DNA of 64,000 bases from an uncultured Clostridia bacterium (GTDB lineage Bacteria; Bacillota; Clostridia; Christensenellales; CAG-917): assembly GCA_944332995.1 (NCBI GenBank), contig CALVKR010000007.1, positions 9,859 through 73,858 of the forward strand. The letters run 5' to 3'. The position numbers were made by a program, and so were the translations under genes. The notes beneath the pieces were generated by a model. It was given only the letters and a program-made list of their open reading frames with translations, searched no databases and was not told the origin of the DNA. Each line of letters starts with the position of its first letter. Within the stretch, counting starts at the first letter, position 1. This document shows, piece after piece, positions 32,490-40,431 of this stretch.

Positions 32490-33074
32490 ATGTCGCTTCA
32501 GGAAAAGGTTTACAGCGTTTTAGTCGTTTCTTCATCGGACAAATTTTTAGCGTCCGTATCTCCCCTTTTGCCCGAAGCGTCCTTTTCTCCCGTGGACAAA
32601 GCCGACAGCGTATCTAAAGCCAAAAGACGGCTGGTTGACAAAAGCTACGATATCTTGCTCATCAATTCCCCTCTGCCCGACGAGGACGGTTGCAAGCTCG
32701 CAATAGATTTCTGTGGCGTGTCAAACGGAGTAGCGCTGTTGTTTGTATCAAGAGAACTCTATCACGATTTCTATGCCAAGACCGTCGACTTCGGCGTTAT
32801 GACCGTTCCCACGCCCACAAGCGTGCAAGTGGTGGCGCAATCGCTCGATTATCTGAGAGCGGTGATAGAACGTCTTAAGAAATTCAACCGCACCGTCAGC
32901 ACCGTTCAGGAAAAAATGAAGGAAATCAGGATAGTCAACCGTGCTAAATGGGTGCTTATCGAAGTTTTAAAAATGACCGAAGAAGACGCACACCGATATA
33001 TCGAAAAACAGGCAATGGACAGGTGCATTTCAAAAACGGCGGTAGCGGAAAATATAATAAACACTTATAAATAA
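32490..33074 (+). CDS. pseudo-receiver + ANTAR RNA-binding antiterminator (AmiR/NitR-like)
   Basis: C-terminal IVNRAKWVLI...MTEEDAHRYIEKQAMD....K..VAE.II. The receiver-like N-terminus has INSP in place of the phospho-Asp. Confidence 0.92.
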   Translation: MSLQEKVYSVLVVSSSDKFLASVSPLLPEASFSPVDKADSVSKAKRRLVDKSYDILLINSPLPDEDGCKLAIDFCGVSNGVALLFVSRELYHDFYAKTVDFGVMTVPTPTSVQVVAQSLDYLRAVIERLKKFNRTVSTVQEKMKEIRIVNRAKWVLIEVLKMTEEDAHRYIEKQAMDRCISKTAVAENIINTYK

Positions 33075-33103
33075 AAAGACGGAAAATTTTTCCGTCCTTT
33101 TTT
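33074..33103 (+). terminator. intrinsic terminator after the ANTAR gene
   Basis: GACGGAAA-att-TTTCCGTC followed by a T-run. Confidence 0.7.
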
Positions 33104-33186
33104 ATCTTGTTTTTACCCCTTTGACCTAATAAAAATCTTTGATTTAATAAAACACTTTTGAACCGATAAAATCTTTTGTCCGGATA

Positions 33187-33219
33187 AATAAAAACGCCCG
33201 AAATTGTCGGGCGTTTATT
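33187..33219 (-). terminator. intrinsic terminator after the DtxR-family gene
   Basis: AAACGCCCGA-aattg-TCGGGCGTTT with a T-tract on the minus strand. Confidence 0.7.
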
Positions 33220-33584
33220 CAATCTTTAACGAATGCCTTGATAATTTCAAACAGTTCGTCGGAGACGACGTGCTCTATCCTGCACGCATTTTCTTCCGCC
33301 ATGGCGGAATTCGCGCCTATCTTTTCAAGCGCCCTTGTGAGTACCTCGTGTCTTTCGTAAATCTTTTCCGCCCTCTCCTTTCCCTCGGCGGTAAAATCGA
33401 TATCGCCGCTTACTCGGTCAAGCGTTATATATCCCTTTTTAACCAACAAGTTTACCGCTTTCGATACGCTCGACTTTGCGTAGTTTAACGTATCCACAAT
33501 ATCCACCGAACGCACGTTGGCCTTTTTCTTTTTCAAAAGGAAAATCGTTTCAAGATACATTTCCTCGGATTCTCTTGTCCGCAT
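33219..33584 (-). CDS. DtxR/MntR-family metal-dependent regulator
   Basis: S.EMYLETI, VRSVDI, SVSKAV..L, ERHEVL, ACRIEH. Confidence 0.9.
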   Translation of the reverse strand: MRTRESEEMYLETIFLLKKKKANVRSVDIVDTLNYAKSSVSKAVNLLVKKGYITLDRVSGDIDFTAEGKERAEKIYERHEVLTRALEKIGANSAMAEENACRIEHVVSDELFEIIKAFVKD

Positions 33585-33688
33585 ATCTGCCTCCGAATCT
33601 ATTTTACTCCATTTAATATTTTTTGTAAAGAACTCATAATTATTAGTGAAATCTCAGAAATATAATAAATTTGATGTATTATAAAAAT

Positions 33689-34630
33689 CTATTTAAGTAT
33701 ACTTAAGGATAATAATATAACCATAACTATTGCAAAAATTATCAGCAAAATTCCAATGCCCATAAAAATCATAGGAAGTATTTTCTCTCTACTTGAATAT
33801 GACTTTATTCCATTCTTTGTATTATATCTATACTCACTATCAAATAAATTTACAGGTAAAATTTTTTCAATTGCATTTATGACCGCAAATTTTCCTTGAT
33901 TATTCATTTCATACGCTTTTAAACAAGCTCGCCAATTATTAGCTAAAAATATAAAAACTATCCCGACTCCCAAAGATATATATCCCACAGCCCACCAATT
34001 ATCAAAAGCGAACGATGCACCGACAGCCGCAACCAAGGCAGCGCATAACGTCATGTATAAATTGCTTGTATTATGACGTCTTTCCATTAGTTTTTCAGAC
34101 GTATCCACCATTATTTTATATTCGTTTAATAAAAGCTCATAATACTCTTTTTCCGATAATTTTGTTTTATCAAAGTCTTTGCTGATAACATCATCTTCGA
34201 TATTCCATTTTACCTCAGACTCTAAAATGCCGTAAAAATCGTTTTCGTGAAAAATTTTATATTTTGCGATATTTAATAATTCTTCAGAGTAGTCAGTACC
34301 AAATATATCTTTGGCAAATTTATTCATTGTGCTACTATTAAGTTGAGAACCGATATCGCAAATGTATATTCGTTTCTTTAAACTATTGGCTAAATTTAAT
34401 TCCCATTTTACATTTTTTGTCTTGCGACTTTGCTCGTCACTATAAAAATAAACAACTAAATTGCTTTTTATCATCTTCTCTTTTGCTTTCCTATGCCAAA
34501 ATGATTTGCTATGGTCTTTATTAAACATAAAAAAATTTAATGCATGTGTGCTGTCTTTTCTCTTATATTCATTTAGCAAGCTGTTTACTTTTTCCGAATC
34601 GTTAAATTTATAAATGACATATACGTTCAT
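33689..34630 (-). CDS. TIR-like domain fused to a 3-TM RipA-like membrane domain
   Basis: N-terminal VYVIYKFND, SNLVVYFYS, KNVKWELNLA..KKRIY. C-terminal EYKIMVDTSEKLMERR..TSNLY..W...LKAY..NNQGKFAVINAIEKILP..LFDSEY with hydrophobic helices. AT-rich, with its own promoter and SD. Confidence 0.7.
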   Translation of the reverse strand: MNVYVIYKFNDSEKVNSLLNEYKRKDSTHALNFFMFNKDHSKSFWHRKAKEKMIKSNLVVYFYSDEQSRKTKNVKWELNLANSLKKRIYICDIGSQLNSSTMNKFAKDIFGTDYSEELLNIAKYKIFHENDFYGILESEVKWNIEDDVISKDFDKTKLSEKEYYELLLNEYKIMVDTSEKLMERRHNTSNLYMTLCAALVAAVGASFAFDNWWAVGYISLGVGIVFIFLANNWRACLKAYEMNNQGKFAVINAIEKILPVNLFDSEYRYNTKNGIKSYSSREKILPMIFMGIGILLIIFAIVMVILLSLSILK

Positions 34631-34762
34631 ACAATTCCTCTCTTTTTTTCAATAATAACAAATTTTTTTATTAAAATCAATATCGTCTTTTAACGATTTA
34701 TGTGTATGCCCTATATGCTTTATTAAATATCCTTCAATTTTCTTATTCGTCATTCAGCATAT

Positions 34763-34790
34763 AAAAAAGTCTGCTTTTACACAGACTTTT
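34763..34790 (-). terminator. intrinsic terminator of the SPFH operon
   Basis: AAAAGTCTG-tgtaaaag-CAGACTTTTTT on the minus strand. Confidence 0.65.
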
Positions 34791-34861
34791 AATTTGTTGA
34801 CAGAACAATTCATTTAAATTTGTTTAATTTTATATCGGACAACCATAAATAAACATTGAAT

Positions 34862-35083
34862 CTAATTAATTTTTTGCATTACTTTGTTTTCTGATTCCAA
34901 AGAAAGACATTCGACAAGTTCCTCGGCTAAGACCTTGGCTTTGGAGTTTTTGTTCCTCACCGCCGATGTAAGGATATATTCTATCTCGGAATTGAGCGAG
35001 CGGAAATCGTCGGCAGCCATTTTATTTAATTCCTCCCACAGCACAGGCGATATTCTGAGCACAAGTTGTTTTTTTTCAGTCAT
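34862..35083 (-). CDS. Arc/ribbon-helix-helix DNA-binding protein
   Basis: MTEKKQLVLRISPVLWEELNKMAADDFRSLNSEIEYIL. ATG 35083 lies just after the SPFH stop. Confidence 0.85.
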   Translation of the reverse strand: MTEKKQLVLRISPVLWEELNKMAADDFRSLNSEIEYILTSAVRNKNSKAKVLAEELVECLSLESENKVMQKIN

Positions 35084-35090
35084 AGGCGCC

Positions 35091-36050
35091 TCAATACAGA
35101 CTTCCGCTGTTGACCACAGGTTGAGCGTCTTTATTGGCACAGAGGACGACCATAAGATTTGACACCATTTGCGCTTTCCTTTCGTCGTCAAGCTCGACAA
35201 GTCCCGTGCTCGAGAGTTTTTCGAGAGCAAGCTCCACCATTCCTACCGCTCCTTCGACGATTGTCGTTCTTGCGTCCACAACCGCCTTTGCCTGCTGTCT
35301 TTGGAGCATAGCGGCGGCTATTTCCTGAGCGTATGCAAGATGCGCTATCCTTGCCTCGACCACTTCTATTCCCGCTATCTCCACTCTCTGCTGAAGTTCC
35401 TCGCAAAGCGTCTGAGCAATTTCCTGGGCACTGCCTCTGAGCGACTTTTCATCGCCGTCGTCGCTTATGTCATAGGGATATTGCCTTGCGATATTTCTTA
35501 TTGCGGCGTCACTCTGTATTGATATAAAGTTGACGTAGTTATCGACGTTAAACACCGCCTTTGCGGTATCTTTTATCCTCCAGATAACTACGACGCCTAT
35601 CTCGATAGGATTACCCTCGGCGTCATTGACCTTTTGTTTGTCGTTGTTAAGCGTCATCGCCTTGAGGGATACGTAGTTGCGCCTTGCCATATTGGGAACG
35701 GCGGCAGGATTAAATTTTTTGCAAAGCGGATTATAAAGATAAAATCCTTCCTGTTTTATCGTACCGCTGTATTTACCGAAAAGCACAAGCACCAAAGCCT
35801 CGTTGGGTGAAACGACGGCAAATCCGCCCGCCATTACGATACAGACGGGTATAAGCAGATATCCTATGACGAACACCGCCACAAGAGAATGCATATGTCC
35901 CAGCACTATCATTGCCGTAGAGCCGGCGGCTATCACGAGGAAAAGCAACAAACCGATATAGCCGTTTAACGGTTTAAGTATCTTTTCGGTATAGTCGCCT
36001 TTAACCTTAGCCATAGCCTCGCTATTCAAATTTTTGTTTTCCTTTTCCAT
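35091..36050 (-). CDS. SPFH/band-7 membrane protein
   Basis: Two TM helices, LFGKY.GT, KVNDAEGNPIEI, HLAYA.EIAAAMLQRQQA, IVEGAVGMV. Confidence 0.92.
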   Translation of the reverse strand: MEKENKNLNSEAMAKVKGDYTEKILKPLNGYIGLLLFLVIAAGSTAMIVLGHMHSLVAVFVIGYLLIPVCIVMAGGFAVVSPNEALVLVLFGKYSGTIKQEGFYLYNPLCKKFNPAAVPNMARRNYVSLKAMTLNNDKQKVNDAEGNPIEIGVVVIWRIKDTAKAVFNVDNYVNFISIQSDAAIRNIARQYPYDISDDGDEKSLRGSAQEIAQTLCEELQQRVEIAGIEVVEARIAHLAYAQEIAAAMLQRQQAKAVVDARTTIVEGAVGMVELALEKLSSTGLVELDDERKAQMVSNLMVVLCANKDAQPVVNSGSLY

Positions 36051-36302
36051 AATTACCTCCGTATGACTTTTTGTTTTCTTTTTCGTTTTCTTTTGTTTGT
36101 CTTTTAGTTTTCTTTTTGTTTTTTTGTTTTTATTGTTTGATTTCCTTTTTATGATATATGACTATTTTGTTTTATGCCCTAACTTTTGTCCGTCTTATCT
36201 TTTGCAACCGTTTTGTTTTAGCGAGGCTTTATATACGGCAAACAATATTTTCCGTCTTTTCGCCGCTGCCGTGCCTTTCGATTTCCACCAGCCTACTAAA
36301 CC

Positions 36303-36779
36303 TTAACCGTTTAAAACTCCTTTTTCTTTTAGGACGCTTTCTATTTTTTCCTTTGCCTCGTCAATATCCGTTGCATATCTGATTTTTATCGTTTTGTAGT
36401 CGGTGATCAAAAACACGTCGCCGTAAGGATAAGCCTTGCCGTATTTGTTTTTAAAATGCGACACTTTAACCTCTATTACAGACTTGACAGCGATTGCCTG
36501 TCTGTTGAAAAAATCGAAAAAGTTTTCCGAATCGGTTTTTACGAGCAGACTGTCGGGAAGATTTAAATACTTTATGTGTGATATTACGCCCAAAATCAAA
36601 GGCACGGCAAACAATGCGCCTATTGCGACAAATATGTATCTTATGAATAAGACATCCTCGTCCAGCGGCAGTAAAAAAGCCGCCAAAAACATTGCCAGCA
36701 CGCATAGTCCGAAAAATACTTCCATAAATATAAATTCGCTTTTATGCTTATATTCTTTTCTTACCAGCACTTCTCCCAT
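36303..36779 (-). CDS. hypothetical membrane protein (2 TM plus small soluble domain)
   Basis: SD AAGGAGGG, two hydrophobic helices, promoter directly upstream. Confidence 0.75.
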   Translation of the reverse strand: MGEVLVRKEYKHKSEFIFMEVFFGLCVLAMFLAAFLLPLDEDVLFIRYIFVAIGALFAVPLILGVISHIKYLNLPDSLLVKTDSENFFDFFNRQAIAVKSVIEVKVSHFKNKYGKAYPYGDVFLITDYKTIKIRYATDIDEAKEKIESVLKEKGVLNG

Positions 36780-36798
36780 TTCTTCCCTCCTTTTTATA

Positions 36799-36837
36799 TG
36801 ATATTAAAATGATATCATCTTCATATCTTTTTGTCAA
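36799..36837 (-). promoter_or_regulatory. sigma-A promoter overlapped by a TGATATCA-type operator
   Basis: TTGACA-17 bp-TATCAT. TGATATCAtttTAATATCA covers the -10 and the start site. Confidence 0.65.
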
Positions 36838-36899
36838 TACTCAAATCGGCAGAAATATGGAATAACAATAAAGCTAAATTTTTCAAATTATTTTTCTAT

Positions 36900-38345
36900 A
36901 AGGTCGCAAAAAAATGGAGCAAAGTTACCTTTCAATTTTATCCTATTGAACAAATTCGTGAAAGCCTGCTTGGCTCGGAAAGTCGGCTGTTTGCTCAAAA
37001 CAAACTCCTTTTGTTTTTTCGCCTTACCACCGCTTCCCTCGCTTTCCGCAAAATCAGAATTTTGCGGATTTTATGAGGTAACCAAAATACAATGATAACT
37101 ATATTCTTTAAATAAACGTATTTAAAACAAATAAAACAAGTTTTCCAAAAAAAAGCTGTTGTTACATTTATATCCTTATTATTGCGAGTGAAGCGAGCAA
37201 CTCGCAAAAAGTTCAGCTTGCGTGACTTTTTGCGAAAAGCGAAGGAGCAAGCCGTCTCGGAAACAGGCTTTTGCTAAAACATAATAAATTATGTTTTGCC
37301 TTACAGCCTTTTCCTCGACTTTCCGCAAAATCAGGATTTTGCGGACTTTCAAGGTCGCAAAAAAATGGAGCAAAGTTGCCTTTTAATTTTATCCTATTGA
37401 ACAAATTCGTGAAAGCCTGCTTGGCTCGGAAAGTCGGCTGTTTGCTCAAAACAAACTCCGTTTGTTTTGAGCCTTTCCACCGCTTCCCTCGCTTTCCGCA
37501 AAATCAGGATTTTGCGGATTTTATGAGGTAACCAAAATACCAAGATACTATCTTCTTTAAATATAAGCTATTTCGAATATATAGAATGAATAACCTGAAA
37601 TAACCTGTTGTTTCATTTATATCCTAATTTTGCGAGCGATAGCGAGCATATCGCAAAAAGTTCAGCTTGCGTGACTTTTTGCGAATAAGGAAAAACCTGC
37701 CGTAAAAAAAGAACACGCCTAAAGCGTTTTCGATAACAAACAGCAGAGTTTTTCCGCCGTGACAAGATTTGTAAGGAGCGTAGCGACGGAATAGCGAGCA
37801 TTTTGCGATCGTCACCGGCTCGGGAAGTCGGCTGTTTGCTCAAAACAAACTCCGTTAGTTTTTTCGCCTTTCCACCGCTCCCCTCGCTTTCCGCAAAATT
37901 AGGATTTTGCGGATTTTATGAGGTAACCAAAATACCAAGATACTATCTTCTTTAAATATAAACTATTTCGAATATATAGAATGAACAACCTGAAATAACT
38001 TTTTGTTTCATTTATATCCTAATTTTGCGAACGAAGTGAGCAACTCGCAAAAAGTTCAGCTTGCGTGACTTTTTGCGAAAAAGGAAAAACCTGCCGTAAA
38101 GTAAGAAAACGCCCATTGCGTTTTCGCAAATAATCGGCAGAGTTTTTCCGCTACACGCCAAAAATAAAAGAAAACGGCTTTAGCCGTTTTCTAATAAAAA
38201 AGGCGGTGTCATAAAAATGCGAACGAAGTGAGCACTCGCAAAAAGTTCAGCTTGCGTGACTTTTTGCGAAAAGCGAAGGAGCAAGGTATCAAGCGAAATT
38301 TTTTTGCAAAAAAAATGGAGCAAAGTTACCTTTGCTCCTTCGCTT
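36900..38345. repeat. mosaic of palindromic modules in ~450/395-bp direct repeats downstream of tRNA-Pro
   Basis: Four identical 35-nt palindromes at 37202, 37651, 38045 and 38236. Four TCCGCAAAAT-N4-ATTTTGCGGA palindromes at 37045, 37322, 37495 and 37890. Long shared blocks between them. Confidence 0.9.
38308..38338 (-). terminator. terminator of the tRNA-Pro transcript
   Basis: Minus strand GGAGCAAAG-gtaa-CTTTGCTCC-A-T8. Confidence 0.75.
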
Positions 38346-38421
38346 GGTCGAGGTGACAAGATTTGAACTTGCGACCTTTCGGTCCCGAACCGAACGCACT
38401 ACCAAGCTGTGCCACACCTCG
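38345..38421 (-). tRNA. tRNA-Pro (anticodon CGG)
   Basis: 77-nt cloverleaf CGAGGTG...CACCTCG-ACCA, anticodon arm TTCGG-TTCGGGA-CCGAA, GTTCAAAT T-loop. Upstream TTGACA-17-TATTAT promoter. Confidence 0.97.
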
Positions 38422-38524
38422 ATGCCTTAATATAATAACAATGCTTTTTGATTTTGTCAAACATACATGATTATTTAATTATTTTTTAGTTTATTTTACT
38501 TGTAAATTAAATTTTAATTGGGTA

Positions 38525-38553
38525 TTGACTTTTATACTCTTTACGGCTATAAT
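38525..38553 (+). promoter_or_regulatory. sigma-A promoter of the Cys-rich microprotein gene
   Basis: TTGACT-17 bp-TATAAT. Confidence 0.7.
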
Positions 38554-38591
38554 GTGTATACACCAAAGAATACTAAAGGGGGGCAAATAAA

Positions 38592-38792
38592 ATGGAGTAT
38601 CCTAATCACAGAAAATGTTGCGGAACTTGCGCTAACTGGAAAGAGCCCAAAAGGGTTATCAGTACGGATAGAACAAAGGTTACTACGGAAGTCCAAAAAG
38701 CTGTATGTCAAGTTATCAACTCTGCCGGACAGGAAATGGGCGGTGGATGCAGTGCTTGCGCAAAATACAGAAAATTGCCAATGTTAAGATAA
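38592..38792 (+). CDS. small Cys-rich protein (66 aa), putative metal or Fe-S binder
   Basis: CCxxC..C..CxxC, SD AAGGGGGG, own promoter and terminator. Confidence 0.7.
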   Translation: MEYPNHRKCCGTCANWKEPKRVISTDRTKVTTEVQKAVCQVINSAGQEMGGGCSACAKYRKLPMLR

Positions 38793-38808
38793 TTTGTGCA
38801 AACAAAAA

Positions 38809-38836
38809 GCCGATTCTGACGAATCGGTCTTTTTTT
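38809..38836 (+). terminator. intrinsic terminator
   Basis: GCCGATTC-tgac-GAATCGGT-c-T7. Confidence 0.75.
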
Positions 38837-39031
38837 GTCCTCACCCGCCTACACCCTTTTCTCATTTGACGGCAAAGATAAACGGACATATTCAGGACTT
38901 TGCCAAAATTACAAAGATGCCTTTTCGCCGTCGCTCCGTCGTTTATAAAATATAAAAATCTATTTTATCCGCCCGGGAATTTGTTTAATAGTTTATTAGA
39001 CAAAAAAATCAAATAATGATATAATTTTCCC

Positions 39032-39880
39032 ATGAAAACTTGTGACCTGTTCAAACAAAAAGAGCTTGTGCTTTCCGCCGAGGTATTCCCCCCTAAAAAG
39101 ACGGGAAATCTCGAGGGCGTGATAAGAGCGTTAAAGAGCATAAAGTCGGTAGGCCCCGACTTTGTTTCCGTGACTTACGGCGCAGGCGGAGAGGGCGCAG
39201 ATACCACCGCAGACGTGGCGTCTATTGCGATTGACGCTTTCGGCATAAACACGGTGGCGCATATGACCGCCGTCAACATGACCGTGGGAAAACTCGAGTC
39301 GCAAGTGGAAATGCTAAACCGCAAAGGGATAGAAAATATCCTGGTGCTCAGAGGCGACGTTTGCCCAACCTCCAGGTTTTTCGATTTTCATCATGCGAGC
39401 GACCTTGCAGAATACTTAAGCACCCGTCATCCGGAATTCAATCTTATCGGAGCGTGCTATCCCGAAAAGCACCCGGAGGCAAAAACGCTTGAAGAGGATA
39501 TCGACAATTTAAAGAGAAAGATAGATTGCGGAATCACTCACCTTATCACTCAGCTGTTTTTGGATAACGACAAGTTTTTCCGCTTTTTGGAGCTTACCGC
39601 TAAAAAGGGAATCACCGTTCCCATCGAGGCAGGCATAATGCCCATGTTTTCGGCAAAGACGCTCGAACACAGCGTTTCGCTTTCCGACGCATCGGTGCCT
39701 GCCGAATTTAGAAAACTCAAAGAGGAAAACCCCGACGAAAAAGAGTTTTTTGAAAGAGGAATCGAGCTTGCCGTAGAGCAGATAAATGCGCTCATCAAAG
39801 GCGGTGCAAGAGGCATACACCTGTATACAATGAATAAAGGCGAGATAGCCGAACGCATACTTCCTAAATTTAAAAAATGA
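39032..39880 (+). CDS. metF: 5,10-methylenetetrahydrofolate reductase
   Basis: S.EVFPPK, FVSVTYGAGG, LRGD, CYPEKHPE, ITQLF, GIHLYTMNK. Confidence 0.93.
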   Translation: MKTCDLFKQKELVLSAEVFPPKKTGNLEGVIRALKSIKSVGPDFVSVTYGAGGEGADTTADVASIAIDAFGINTVAHMTAVNMTVGKLESQVEMLNRKGIENILVLRGDVCPTSRFFDFHHASDLAEYLSTRHPEFNLIGACYPEKHPEAKTLEEDIDNLKRKIDCGITHLITQLFLDNDKFFRFLELTAKKGITVPIEAGIMPMFSAKTLEHSVSLSDASVPAEFRKLKEENPDEKEFFERGIELAVEQINALIKGGARGIHLYTMNKGEIAERILPKFKK

Positions 39881-40431
39881 TATCTAAAAACGCTTTGTTA
39901 CTTTTTATGGGCAACGAACGCCCTGTTTTTTATAACGACGAAACGCTGTCTAAGGCGGTGGCACTCGCAAACGCCTGCGCCGCCGAAAGGAGCGTTGTAA
40001 AACTTGCCGACGTCGAAACTGTCCCCGACGGCGTTTATTTTAACGGGGAATTTTTTAAAGGCTCCAAACTTTCCGCACATCTTGACGGCTGCAAAAGAGC
40101 GGCGTTGTTTTGCGCCACGCTCGGCGACGAGTTCGACAGAGAAATAGAACGCTCAAAATACGAAAGCCTCGAGCTTGCATATCTTATCGACTATGCGGGG
40201 CTTGTAATGATTGAACAGCTTTGCGACGAGATAAACTGTGAAATCGCAAAAGAATATAAAGGTAAAATAACCGCAAGATATTCGATAGGATTTGACGATA
40301 CATCGATAAAAGACCAACAAAAATTTTTGGATTTAATTTCGGCAACAAAAAAAATCGGCGTTATGACGACTAAGGGCGATATGATGTGCCCGACAAAGAG
40401 CGTAACCGCCATAGTGGGTATTTATGATTGA
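39877..40431 (+). CDS. stand-alone methionine synthase reactivation (AdoMet-binding) domain
   Basis: FCATLG, RYSIGFDD, MMCPTKSVTAIVG. Sits between metF and metH. Confidence 0.85.
   Translation: MISKNALLLFMGNERPVFYNDETLSKAVALANACAAERSVVKLADVETVPDGVYFNGEFFKGSKLSAHLDGCKRAALFCATLGDEFDREIERSKYESLELAYLIDYAGLVMIEQLCDEINCEIAKEYKGKITARYSIGFDDTSIKDQQKFLDLISATKKIGVMTTKGDMMCPTKSVTAIVGIYD

Noticed and set aside
36831-37843. Short ORFs within the repeat mosaic
   Set aside because: Present on both strands, frames differ between repeat copies, and there are no SD sequences.
37202-38270. Four identical 35-nt palindromes as a CRISPR array
   Set aside because: Intervening sequences are about 155-415 bp and are themselves repeated. 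No cas genes in the window.
38518-38787. 89-aa alternative-frame ORF over the Cys-rich gene
   Set aside because: Its TTG start lies upstream of the promoter, and the SD fits ATG 38592.
33600-38840. Prophage or integrative element at tRNA-Pro
   Set aside because: No integrase, transposase or phage genes. Only a 13-bp tRNA match, reported separately.
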